This document shows, one piece after another, positions 38,360 through 46,420 of a stretch of 64,000 nt of DNA. Under the pieces are notes generated by a model that was not told the DNA's origin, made no database searches, and was given only the letters and a program-made list of their open reading frames with translations. Position 1 is the stretch's first letter. Each line of letters begins with the position of its first letter. Source of the stretch: a virus. The stretch spans positions 17,721 to 81,720 of the IMG/VR virus record IMGVR_UViG_3300021356_000010. The stretch is one strand, 5' to 3'. The position numbers were made by a program, and so were the translations under genes.

Positions 38360-38597
38360 TGTTCTTCTTAGCGTTGATTTTTTCGTAGTTAAGGTTGCCA
38401 TTGTATGTGTCATTGAACTTGACACACATTTCTTTGAGTGCGTTATCTTGTTTGGGCACTGGTTTGTGACCAACAGCACGCATTTGTCTCCACGTCTTTA
38501 CTTTAGCATGAGGACGTTGAGCATAATAAAATGGTTCTAGTGCAGCATACTCTGCAACTGTGAGAGTATGGCGTGGTGGTAAAGAACCTTGTGTCAT
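38352..38597 (-). CDS. Hypothetical protein (81 aa)
   Basis: ATGA-coupled. Confidence 0.6.
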   Translation of the reverse strand: MTQGSLPPRHTLTVAEYAALEPFYYAQRPHAKVKTWRQMRAVGHKPVPKQDNALKEMCVKFNDTYNGNLNYEKINAKKNND

Positions 38598-38776
38598 AAG
38601 TGAGTGTTTTCCATAAGGAGCATTTCATCGACAGTCATCTCAAGCTCTGCTGCCTTTAGTTCAAGATGATCACAGCATGTGTCATCATCGTGGAGATCAA
38701 TCTCTTCCATATCTACAAACGCAGTGAGTTTGCCGAAGAGAAAATCAATGAAATCAGTGTCGTCTTTAGAAAACAT
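38594..38776 (-). CDS. Small acidic protein (60 aa, MFSKDDTDFIDFLFGKL...)
   Basis: C-terminal half of the 122-aa track ORF. Confidence 0.6.
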   Translation of the reverse strand: MFSKDDTDFIDFLFGKLTAFVDMEEIDLHDDDTCCDHLELKAAELEMTVDEMLLMENTHL

Positions 38777-38927
38777 TGGTCCAGCGTTCGTGTTGTACTT
38801 TGGTGATCTGTCCTGCATGTAGCATGTTATCACACACATTGCAGAAGATTTGGAACTTCTCCTCTCGGGAGAAGTTATGTTGAGCAGCAGTCTCTGCGAT
38901 AACCTTGGTGACTTGTGCTTTGAGCAT
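38766..38927 (-). CDS. Small protein (53 aa) not in the ORF track
   Basis: Translated by hand: MLKAQVTKVIAETAAQHNFSREEKFQIFCNVCDNMLHAGQITKVQHERWTNVF*; preceded by the 25-bp leader repeat. Confidence 0.7.
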   Translation of the reverse strand: MLKAQVTKVIAETAAQHNFSREEKFQIFCNVCDNMLHAGQITKVQHERWTNVF

Positions 38928-38952
38928 GGTGTCTCTCGATTACTTTGTAATT

Positions 38953-39147
38953 CTACCAGCACTCGGTAGGGTCAGGTGGGTCAGGCAGACAGTTCTGCAA
39001 GTGGTTGTAGATGGCACTGTCATCAACACCATTCAGGTAAGCATGGTGTTTGCTGATGCCAAGAGAGCACCCCATCATCACATCCATCAGGAATCGGATC
39101 TGAGAGGGAGTCAGGGGTACGTTAGCAGTCTCCATGGAGATCTCCAT
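38953..39147 (-). CDS. Hypothetical protein (64 aa)
   Basis: ORF track; fills the gap between the two leader repeats. Confidence 0.55.
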   Translation of the reverse strand: MEISMETANVPLTPSQIRFLMDVMMGCSLGISKHHAYLNGVDDSAIYNHLQNCLPDPPDPTECW

Positions 39148-39193
39148 AGGTAAAAGGGGATAGAGGGGCGTTAGAGGCGCTTCTAGACGCCTC

Positions 39194-39430
39194 TCAGCAG
39201 GCGAGAGGAGAATAGTCGCTGCCCTGATACTCTTCAGTGTTGATGGCAGTCACTACAGCACCGTTGGCAATGTAGTTCTCAACCTCATAGCGCATCTCAG
39301 ACTTGACCTTGGTAGCGAAGAAAGTCATCTCAGACTCAGAACCAGGATGCCAAACGACTTTCTTAACGAAACGCTTGCCAGTGCCAACGGGATAGTAGTC
39401 GATCTTGGTGGCGGAGGTGAAGAGTTGCAT
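39194..39430 (-). CDS. Hypothetical protein (78 aa)
   Basis: Leader repeat and TATGAT upstream. Confidence 0.7.
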   Translation of the reverse strand: MQLFTSATKIDYYPVGTGKRFVKKVVWHPGSESEMTFFATKVKSEMRYEVENYIANGAVVTAINTEEYQGSDYSPLAC

Positions 39431-39466
39431 TGGTGTCTCTCGATTACTTTGTAATCATACAAGGCA

Positions 39467-40249
39467 TCAGGGGAAGAATGGGTGCAGAGTGGGCGCTTTG
39501 ACAGGTGGCACAGCAGCGCGGATCCTGTCCGCAGCGATCTGATAATACTCCGCATCGGACTCCATGCCAATGAAATGACGACCCAGTGCCACCGCAGCAA
39601 CACCAGTAGAACCAGATCCCATACAGTTGTCCAGCACAGTGTCACCCTCATTAGAGTATGTTTTGATCAACCACTCCATCAGTGGCACAGGTTTCTGCGT
39701 GGGATGCACCTGTTGTTGAGCACTAAAGTCGCGTGAGATGTTGAGAATAGACTTAGGATACCGTGTTCCCTTGTTCTCAAACTCTTTACGTGGTTTCATA
39801 CCATATCCATGGTCATTCTTACGTCCCACATATCCTTCAGGGTTCTTACTCTTGCGAGCATATGGTTCTCCTACCTCCATCTGTGGATTATATACTCCGC
39901 CTGGTTTCTTAGAGAACAACAATACATTCTCATGTGTCTTCATTGGTCTATACTTTGCAAGACCAGGAGATCCACACTTATTCTTGTTCCACACCAATTC
40001 ATATTTGAACCACTTGATCTTAGAACAGATCAACTGTGCAGAGAATGGTTGTGATCCAAACAGACACATCATGCCCTTGGGTTTAATGATGCGACCATAT
40101 TGTTCCCACACGGCATCAAAATCCAATACTTCATCCCATTTGATGCTGGTGGTGCCGTATGGTGGGTCACAGCAAATAAAATCGACTGATTCGTCTGGAA
40201 TCTCACGCATGAGTTCCAGGCAGTCACCTAGTTGTAGATCAAAGGGCAT
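39467..40249 (-). CDS. DNA N6-adenine/N4-cytosine methyltransferase (beta class, about 260 aa)
   Basis: GDCLE..SVDFICCDPPY (motif IV) precedes HPTQKPV.LME.LI..YSNEGDTVLDNCMGSGSTGVAA (motifs X/I). Confidence 0.95.
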   Translation of the reverse strand: MPFDLQLGDCLELMREIPDESVDFICCDPPYGTTSIKWDEVLDFDAVWEQYGRIIKPKGMMCLFGSQPFSAQLICSKIKWFKYELVWNKNKCGSPGLAKYRPMKTHENVLLFSKKPGGVYNPQMEVGEPYARKSKNPEGYVGRKNDHGYGMKPRKEFENKGTRYPKSILNISRDFSAQQQVHPTQKPVPLMEWLIKTYSNEGDTVLDNCMGSGSTGVAAVALGRHFIGMESDAEYYQIAADRIRAAVPPVKAPTLHPFFP

Positions 40250-40841
40250 CGAAACCGTCATGAGCACTAATCTTTTTACGAACAGAATCTTTGTAGCATC
40301 CTACCAGAAAATCATACGCTTCGCTGTAGGTGCGTTGTACAGGGTTGGTGTTGTCCTTCCACTTGATCTGGAAGGGCAAGTTGTTACCATTGGCAGTGAG
40401 TTTGCTGAGAGACTTGAGTGAGGTGAGATGAACCTCATTGTTTGTCTTGTTCAGGGAGAGGATATAATAGTCACGATGATTCTCCTTCCTGCCGTAGATA
40501 GACAGGGCATCTTGAAACTTCTTCCATGATGACACATTCAACTTGTCCTCAGGCAGATCAGTCAGAGCATACAGAATTGCTGCTTTAGAAGAGAAGTTGT
40601 CAGCAGCACTGCCATACTTGGATGACTTGATGTTGAAATAGTATCCAAAGATCTTAACATCCCACCAGCAACGCGGAGGTGGTTTGATAATGTTCTCCTC
40701 ACCATACTTCTCAATCAACAGATCAATGATAGTATCCTCATCATCAATACTATTCACACGACCGTCTTCATGACTCTCACTGACAGCGATAGCAATGCTG
40801 TTGAGATACTGAAGGACTTCAAGCAGTTTGGCAGGGAACAT
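40239..40841 (-). CDS. Putative type II restriction endonuclease (PD-(D/E)xK-like, about 200 aa)
   Basis: DGRVNS..DE; PRCWWDV...FNIKSS (D...N-x-K); NGNNLPFQIKW; overlaps the MTase start by 11 nt. Confidence 0.65.
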   Translation of the reverse strand: MFPAKLLEVLQYLNSIAIAVSESHEDGRVNSIDDEDTIIDLLIEKYGEENIIKPPPRCWWDVKIFGYYFNIKSSKYGSAADNFSSKAAILYALTDLPEDKLNVSSWKKFQDALSIYGRKENHRDYYILSLNKTNNEVHLTSLKSLSKLTANGNNLPFQIKWKDNTNPVQRTYSEAYDFLVGCYKDSVRKKISAHDGFDAL

Positions 40842-40863
40842 GGTGCGTTGCTTTGATACAGAT

Positions 40864-40920
40864 AGTATGGCATAAAAAAGGGGCACCGTCAAGTGCCCCA
40901 ACCAGTTGCTCAGTTGTCCC
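40864..40920 (-). promoter_or_regulatory. Sigma70-like promoter (TTGACG-N17-CATACT) with an upstream box, driving the R-M pair
   Basis: -35 at 40887-40892, -10 at 40864-40869; box aaccagttgctcagttgtcc at about 40900-40919. Confidence 0.65.
40874..40899 (-). terminator. Rho-independent terminator overlapping the R-M promoter
   Basis: GGGGCAC-TTGACG-GTGCCCC-TTTTTT on the minus strand. Confidence 0.8.
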
Positions 40921-41068
40921 CATAGATGGGGATGATGTCAGTGCGACAGTGCTGCGTTTTGCTTATGTGCTGCTCCCACAGAGCGGCATCGTCCAAATTG
41001 TAAAAGATCGCTTCTTGGCGGCTCTTGCCCTTTTTCTTTGACTTCATCCAGACAACTGCGTACTTCAT
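40910..41068 (-). CDS. Small hypothetical protein (52 aa, MKYAVVWMK...)
   Basis: C-terminal part of the 88-aa track ORF. Confidence 0.6.
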   Translation of the reverse strand: MKYAVVWMKSKKKGKSRQEAIFYNLDDAALWEQHISKTQHCRTDIIPIYGDN

Positions 41069-41249
41069 TCCAATACTGGGGATAAACAATAATGTTAGCA
41101 TAGTGACGACCCCACCGTGAGTTTGCACTCGTGGGAAGTGGGATGTCTTTGAAGCAAATACTAATGTAGTATTCACTTATGAAAGAGATGTAACCACATG
41201 TGCCATGATAACACACTGGTTGGAGCAATTCAAAATCAGTCTGCTTCAT
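40938..41249 (-). CDS. Hypothetical protein (about 103 aa, MKQTDFELLQPV...)
   Basis: GYISFISEYYISIC...IIVYPQYW; start reassigned. Confidence 0.55.
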   Translation of the reverse strand: MKQTDFELLQPVCYHGTCGYISFISEYYISICFKDIPLPTSANSRWGRHYANIIVYPQYWNEVRSCLDEVKEKGQEPPRSDLLQFGRCRSVGAAHKQNAALSH

Positions 41250-41433
41250 CGAACAACTTCCGATCCTTATTCTCTGGTTTAGGGAGACGGAACATCTCCT
41301 TAAGATCATTTAGGTCATTTAATTGACGCTGCAAATTGTCAATCTGTGCCTGCAAGATCTGGAAGTTGTGATCGTTGTTGTTCTGCATCATCAGAACATT
41401 GTCCATTGCCTTCTTAAAGTCTTCTTCAGTCAT
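41236..41433 (-). CDS. Coiled-coil hypothetical protein (65 aa)
   Basis: MTEEDFKKAM...LQAQIDNLQRQL. Confidence 0.6.
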   Translation of the reverse strand: MTEEDFKKAMDNVLMMQNNNDHNFQILQAQIDNLQRQLNDLNDLKEMFRLPKPENKDRKLFDEAD

Positions 41434-41437
41434 TGTA

Positions 41438-41722
41438 TCAGAAACGCTTTGGTAATTTAGCATACTGCCACTTCTTGACAAGTTCAGGATCATCAAGAAA
41501 TGGATCGATCTCTCGATTGCCCATCATAAGATCGTAAAGACCACGAGCACGGCAGTATGCTTTCTCGTGGTATTCTATCACATCATTGATGCAAGATAGC
41601 ATCTCTTCATACGCTTGTCTGCTTGATACTTTATCATCTTGGAGGTAATCGTCGATAGCATCTTGCATACGACATTTGCGTTGCTTTTCATAAGTGTTGT
41701 CAGGTCCAAGATCAATGGTCAT
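41438..41722 (-). CDS. Hypothetical protein (94 aa)
   Basis: YEKQRKCRMQDAIDDYL. Confidence 0.65.
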   Translation of the reverse strand: MTIDLGPDNTYEKQRKCRMQDAIDDYLQDDKVSSRQAYEEMLSCINDVIEYHEKAYCRARGLYDLMMGNREIDPFLDDPELVKKWQYAKLPKRF

Positions 41723-41906
41723 AGTGGAATTCCTGGTTGCGTCGTTCATCAAGGTAGCGTAGAACATCATCACGCCATTCCATCAATTCATGATAACATG
41801 ACTGATTGTGAGCACACTGGCGCAGTTGATGATCTGGTTTAAGAACAGACTCATAAAACAGACCTAGTGCATCCCTGCGTTTTTCGTGCTTCTCTGGCGT
41901 GTTCAT
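41712..41906 (-). CDS. Hypothetical protein (64 aa)
   Basis: RRDALGLFYESVLKPDHQLRQCAHNQ.CY.ELMEWR. Confidence 0.7.
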   Translation of the reverse strand: MNTPEKHEKRRDALGLFYESVLKPDHQLRQCAHNQSCYHELMEWRDDVLRYLDERRNQEFHYDH

Positions 41907-41974
41907 GTTAGTTTAGCGTTGTACAATGTATTTTAGATGGTTGTGTGAGGAAATCTGTATAATATCAGACTTTC

Positions 41975-42121
41975 TTAATATTGCTCACCATCTCGTGCTT
42001 TAGCAGGACTGTGAGCAAGATCGACAAATGCCATTGCCAACTCAGAATAGTCATTGGGAACAGCAACAGCAAACAAACCTGATGCTGCCACGCACAAACA
42101 CGTCGTCCAGAAATGCCTCAT
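41975..42121 (-). CDS. Small possibly secreted/membrane peptide (48 aa) not in the ORF track
   Basis: Translated by hand: MRHFWTTCLCVAASGLFAVAVPNDYSELAMAF... Confidence 0.45.
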   Translation of the reverse strand: MRHFWTTCLCVAASGLFAVAVPNDYSELAMAFVDLAHSPAKARDGEQY

Positions 42122-42148
42122 GATGACTGGGAGATCACTACCCCACAA

Positions 42149-42436
42149 TTATACACCAGATGGACCCCATCCGTCGTTCTCAGGGACAGTATCATCATCG
42201 TCCAATCGATCAACGGATGCAATGTCACACACTGGCACCTCATGCTCACCACCAATGATATACCAGTGCATCATTTGTCCATGGTATTCTGGATGTGCCT
42301 GAAAATCTTCGGGATAGACACGCTCACCGCAATACATAATCTCACTTTCTGGAATATTGTGTTCGCGTAACATTGCTTGCAGCTGCATGTGCATCAACTC
42401 GGGTTGCGTAGGAACTTTCATTAGATCTCCATTCAC
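42149..42436 (-). CDS. Hypothetical protein (about 90 aa)
   Basis: HWYIIGGEHEVPVCDI. Confidence 0.65.
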   Translation of the reverse strand: MNGDLMKVPTQPELMHMQLQAMLREHNIPESEIMYCGERVYPEDFQAHPEYHGQMMHWYIIGGEHEVPVCDIASVDRLDDDDTVPENDGWGPSGV

Positions 42437-42878
42437 GTCTCATTTCTTGGTAGGTTTTATCATAGGCAGCCAAGTCTCTAACCTCTTTAAATACGGCAGC
42501 AGCCTTGGACTTTTCATTGGTTCGCCAATCTTTCTCTTGGGGTCTGACTTCACCAGAAACTTTATCGTACTTCCTTCCACTGGCATGATTAGCATACCTA
42601 CGGGCTCTCGTAAAACCCATCTCCAGGAATTTCCTCGCCATGTCCATACCAATGAAGTCTCCTTTGGTTTTAAATCCAAGGAACATTTGGTATATCTTAG
42701 CAGAAGAGTCGCGAGCAGTAGCTTCATCTACAAAGCGCCAATGAGCGCAAATGTCGTTAGTGTAAGGGCGTACCAGTAGCACTCCTTGCTCTCCCCTTCC
42801 AATACGATAAAGTTTGCGAGTCTCTGCGTCTGTGAAGTCAAGGTCCTCATAATTGAGTTCATAACAAAATTCGAGCAT
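42342..42878 (-). CDS. DUF4385-like protein (178 aa)
   Basis: YRIGRGEQGVLLVRPY...HWRF...DFIGMDMARKFLEMGFTRARRYANH. Confidence 0.8.
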   Translation of the reverse strand: MLEFCYELNYEDLDFTDAETRKLYRIGRGEQGVLLVRPYTNDICAHWRFVDEATARDSSAKIYQMFLGFKTKGDFIGMDMARKFLEMGFTRARRYANHASGRKYDKVSGEVRPQEKDWRTNEKSKAAAVFKEVRDLAAYDKTYQEMRREWRSNESSYATRVDAHAAASNVTRTQYSRK

Positions 42879-42900
42879 GGGTCACCACTGGTGCTCTGCT

Positions 42901-42929
42901 ACCATAACATGCTGTCAGAGCACTGTCAA
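42901..42929 (-). promoter_or_regulatory. Sigma70-like promoter TTGACA-N17-TATGGT opening the early island
   Basis: -35 at 42924-42929, -10 at 42901-42906. Confidence 0.65.
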
Positions 42930-43546
42930 GCCCATCTAGGACCAACGACCCATCCAACCAGTGACCTTCTACATCCAGACTTGACTTTTCTCACTCTGTG
43001 CATTGTTCTAGCATCAAAGACAATCATTCTACCTCTTGCCTTTGGAGCAGTCATTAATTTACCAGCATCCAAAAACTGTAACTCGCCACCATCATAATCA
43101 TTAGGACCAGACAGTTGCAATGAGAATGCTAACTTTCTCACATACTCATGCTCTACAAACGATTCATTAGATGATTGGTTGTACTTAGAACTAGGAACAA
43201 AGTTTGGAGTAAATTCTGTATAGAGGTGCTGATCTGGATGCCAGTGATAGAACTGACCCTTATTGTACTCAGTATATTGAATCATCTCAGTATCAAAAGA
43301 CGTTATGTTGAATCTAAAGTTACGTCTATTTGCTGCTTGAATCCAATACCAGATCATTGGTCCAACCCAAACATCAGTTGGAATATAAGAAACCAATGAA
43401 TCTCTTTGAGTATTAAGATGCCCTACCTCTCCATCTGGTTTGAATACAGTGCCGTCTTTGACAGGATAATCATGTGCTAATTTTATAATCTCACTAACTA
43501 CCACATCAGGTAGTTTTGTATCAAATTCAACTGCAAAGTCTGCCAT
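42926..43546 (-). CDS. 2OG-Fe(II) oxygenase (prolyl-hydroxylase-like)
   Basis: FYHWHPD...RKLAFSLQLS...YDGGEL...MHRV..V..G.RRSLVGW. Confidence 0.9.
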   Translation of the reverse strand: MADFAVEFDTKLPDVVVSEIIKLAHDYPVKDGTVFKPDGEVGHLNTQRDSLVSYIPTDVWVGPMIWYWIQAANRRNFRFNITSFDTEMIQYTEYNKGQFYHWHPDQHLYTEFTPNFVPSSKYNQSSNESFVEHEYVRKLAFSLQLSGPNDYDGGELQFLDAGKLMTAPKARGRMIVFDARTMHRVRKVKSGCRRSLVGWVVGPRWA

Positions 43547-44346
43547 TAAATCTCCTCAAAATCATATACACACATTGAATCAAATTCAACTCTTTCGATT
43601 GCTTTATCAACCCACAGATATTTCAACGTGCCATGTTGCATTCTGGGGCAATTATCAATAATGAAATCATGGGTCTCTTGAGTGATGATCTCGTCAGTCA
43701 ATAATGCATTATAGAATGCTCTCTTTTTACTGAGATAATGTCTCTCATCTCTTCCCATTGCAACATCAGCGGTGTCTATTCTATATGGTGTGTTGTCATG
43801 AATGTGAATTGAAAATCTATTGTCATCTGTTAGATCAAACCACCACTTTGAATGGAAGAATCCAAAGTGTTTAATGACAGATTTTCTAATTTTTTCAAAG
43901 TTTTCATAATCTGCAAATTCTTCCATGTGTTCAATTTCTTTCGTTCCCATACCCATACCCAAATACTTTGGAGTACCATCAGGAAGAAAATACACATTAT
44001 TGCCTGCCATTCTAATACCTTTGTCACGCAATGATGCTAGTGCTACTGGTTCTGTGCTCATGTTAAGAATTTCTCTCACCCTAGAGTCATATTGAAATGC
44101 AGCAAAAGAAAGTTCATAACCATATACTTCTTCTAAGTTTGGAGTATAAAACTTCTTCACACCATCAATTTGTTTTCTGGCAATATGAACAATTGATTCC
44201 AATTGTTTCATTGTTTCCAAACAAGCGTCTGGAACAGATTCATTCGTCATAGAAATGTATCTGTAGGGTGTCATCTTAGCGTAAGAGATCTTCTCTTGTG
44301 TATCCAAATTGAAGATATTAAACCCTCTATGATAATCTTTCTGCAT
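43546..44346 (-). CDS. Hypothetical protein (266 aa) inside the oxygenase cluster
   Basis: Translationally coupled on both sides; no recognisable motif. Confidence 0.75.
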   Translation of the reverse strand: MQKDYHRGFNIFNLDTQEKISYAKMTPYRYISMTNESVPDACLETMKQLESIVHIARKQIDGVKKFYTPNLEEVYGYELSFAAFQYDSRVREILNMSTEPVALASLRDKGIRMAGNNVYFLPDGTPKYLGMGMGTKEIEHMEEFADYENFEKIRKSVIKHFGFFHSKWWFDLTDDNRFSIHIHDNTPYRIDTADVAMGRDERHYLSKKRAFYNALLTDEIITQETHDFIIDNCPRMQHGTLKYLWVDKAIERVEFDSMCVYDFEEI

Positions 44347-44348
44347 TG

Positions 44349-44867
44349 TTATACTAGCTCCAGTTTCCAGGCTACAGTCTTACGCAATCCGCCAAATGTT
44401 CTTGTAGGTTCTTCAGCAAAGTGTTTGATTTGACCAGGGAAATATACTGCTTTATTTATTTCTGGGGTGACCCAAACTGGTCCATTGTCAAACAAGAAGC
44501 ATGTCTTACCATTCCATCGAACATCCCATGCACCATTAGCATACCACAATAGAGTTCTTGCTTTTTCATCAAATCCATCTACATGTGGTTGCCCACCTAA
44601 TCCATATGTCTGACCATTAGCATAAACTGATATCACTTTAAAGTCATCACCAGTTGCTTTACGTATTGGTTCAAGTAAAGTCTCTGTAAAGAGTTTATCT
44701 CTTCCAAGTTGCATTATCCAAAATGGTGGAGCATTTATATTACCTGATCCAGAGACATGTCCATATCTCCACTGTGGTCTTTCCAAGAAAACTTTAATAG
44801 ATTCGCAATGCTCTTCAGAAAACATATTTCTAAAGATACGAATATCATCTGGACTAAAATTGTGCAT
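44349..44867 (-). CDS. 2OG-Fe(II) oxygenase
   Basis: YANGQT....PHVD...G.T.F...N.AV.FPG.I.H...RKTVAWK. Confidence 0.85.
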   Translation of the reverse strand: MHNFSPDDIRIFRNMFSEEHCESIKVFLERPQWRYGHVSGSGNINAPPFWIMQLGRDKLFTETLLEPIRKATGDDFKVISVYANGQTYGLGGQPHVDGFDEKARTLLWYANGAWDVRWNGKTCFLFDNGPVWVTPEINKAVYFPGQIKHFAEEPTRTFGGLRKTVAWKLELV

Positions 44868-45507
44868 ATTCTCGTATCAATTGATATCTTGTCCTTTCAA
44901 GATCAGCAACAAGCTCCACGTCTCTAAGTTTATCATAGTTTTTGATAATTGTCATTGAATAGTCATTGACAATCTCTCTAATTCTACTATCAGAAATCAC
45001 TGACTCCATCCACAATACCATGACCCTTCTCTCACCAGAAGTAACTTCATTGACTTTGTGATAGACACCAGTTGGATATGCTACACAAGATCCTGCAGGT
45101 AGTTTGTATTCAATTTCTTTGCCACCAACATTCAATACCAACTCTCCTCCCTCATATTCATCTGGATCATTGAGAAAGAGCGACAGACTATAATCTGTTC
45201 TCACTTCATTCATGCAATAAAAATCATTATGATATTTGTAATGCATACCCTCTGTATATCTGAGAAACATAGGGATAGTAGTAGCTCTAGGAACTAGAAC
45301 GTAATTCAATTGTTCAGACTTTTTTATCTGACTATCAGCATACTCACACAACCTAGGACCATGAACAGAATCTTGTATCTGTTCATTCCATTTTATAGAC
45401 TTGTCATCAGAACCAGTGACAGACCCATCCACAAAGTCACAGATTTTGTAGTATTCATTTATGGTATCAAGTTGGGTTTCGCTTAAAACTTTAATAGTAT
45501 AGATCAT
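44854..45507 (-). CDS. PKHD-type (PiuC/YbiX-like) 2OG-Fe(II) hydroxylase
   Basis: PMFLRY..GMHYKYHND...RTDYSLSLFLNDPDEYEGGEL...KLPAG..V.YP....H.V.EVTSGER....W.ES.I.D...R. Confidence 0.9.
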   Translation of the reverse strand: MIYTIKVLSETQLDTINEYYKICDFVDGSVTGSDDKSIKWNEQIQDSVHGPRLCEYADSQIKKSEQLNYVLVPRATTIPMFLRYTEGMHYKYHNDFYCMNEVRTDYSLSLFLNDPDEYEGGELVLNVGGKEIEYKLPAGSCVAYPTGVYHKVNEVTSGERRVMVLWMESVISDSRIREIVNDYSMTIIKNYDKLRDVELVADLERTRYQLIREYAQF

Positions 45508-45523
45508 TATAATGTCAATAAGT

Positions 45524-46420
45524 TTAATCTTCTACGTGCAACAACTCCATTCTTAAATCTGGGAAGAAGTCCCAAGCGTTGAGAGTTTCCATTAGTTCAT
45601 AATATTTACGTGTAATCTTCGCAGTATCATCATGTCCTTTATTTACATATTCCAGGACATTCATAATGTTGTTGGTAACAAAATCAGTAGATGCTTTGAA
45701 GTCTAGTTTAGTGAATTGATCTTCTGTACCCATATATTCTACTGGGTTGCCATCTGCATCCTGACCATTTGGATACAGTTTAAAATAATTATTTGGATCA
45801 ACAGCAAACTTAACTGTTGTTGCAAACTTAAATGCTTCGTATCTATTTTCAAACGTTTCAATATTTGGCAGGAGATCTCTCAAATGCTGTCTCCACTTCT
45901 TCCACATTTCTAATTCACCATCAAATTCTTCTTGATAGTCTGGAAGCATTCTCCAATCAGAGAAGAGGAGCATAGAACGTACTTCAATAGTTCTCTTTAC
46001 ATACTTTGCCTCATAGTAATACTGATAATCAATCAGTTTCTTACTTTCTTCGATAAATTGAGACGTTTTCTCATGCTTTTGTACTTCAGCTAGAGAATCA
46101 AAGAGTTCATATATTCTATTTGCATCATCAGTCGATGCTTCTGGATAGTTGTAACTTCTCCAGTATTGATTTCCCTCTGAATCCGTGACAATCTTTTTCT
46201 TTTGACAGAGATACTCCCCACCCCAGTAGAAAATGAGATACTCGATCTCATCCTTATCTGGAAGATGCCACTCAGATCCTAGATTTGGAACAAGAAGATT
46301 ATCCCAAACATCTTCTTTCATGAAGACTGCTCTATGTGGAGGTCTAACGACTACCTTATCCTTGAAATTTACTTCAAGTTTAACTTCCTTTGAAGTTACT
46401 TTCTCGTTTTTGTTAGTCAT
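45524..46420 (-). CDS. Protein with a tail-fibre assembly chaperone-like motif (298 aa)
   Basis: RSMLLFSDWRMLPD...WKKWRQHLRDL resembles the Tfa/tail-assembly-chaperone motif R..LL..SDW..LPD...W..YRQ.LRDL. Confidence 0.65.
   Translation of the reverse strand: MTNKNEKVTSKEVKLEVNFKDKVVVRPPHRAVFMKEDVWDNLLVPNLGSEWHLPDKDEIEYLIFYWGGEYLCQKKKIVTDSEGNQYWRSYNYPEASTDDANRIYELFDSLAEVQKHEKTSQFIEESKKLIDYQYYYEAKYVKRTIEVRSMLLFSDWRMLPDYQEEFDGELEMWKKWRQHLRDLLPNIETFENRYEAFKFATTVKFAVDPNNYFKLYPNGQDADGNPVEYMGTEDQFTKLDFKASTDFVTNNIMNVLEYVNKGHDDTAKITRKYYELMETLNAWDFFPDLRMELLHVED

Larger units (their letters stand above)
38927..39455. repeat. 25-bp perfect direct repeat (38927-38951 and 39431-39455) forming a shared 5' leader
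   Basis: tggtgtctctcgattactttgtaat occurs twice, each time between a -10 hexamer and an ATG. Confidence 0.85.

Noticed and set aside
30868-42930. tRNA genes in the early island
   Set aside because: No cloverleaf with a T-loop (GTTCRA) and matching acceptor stem was recognised by eye.
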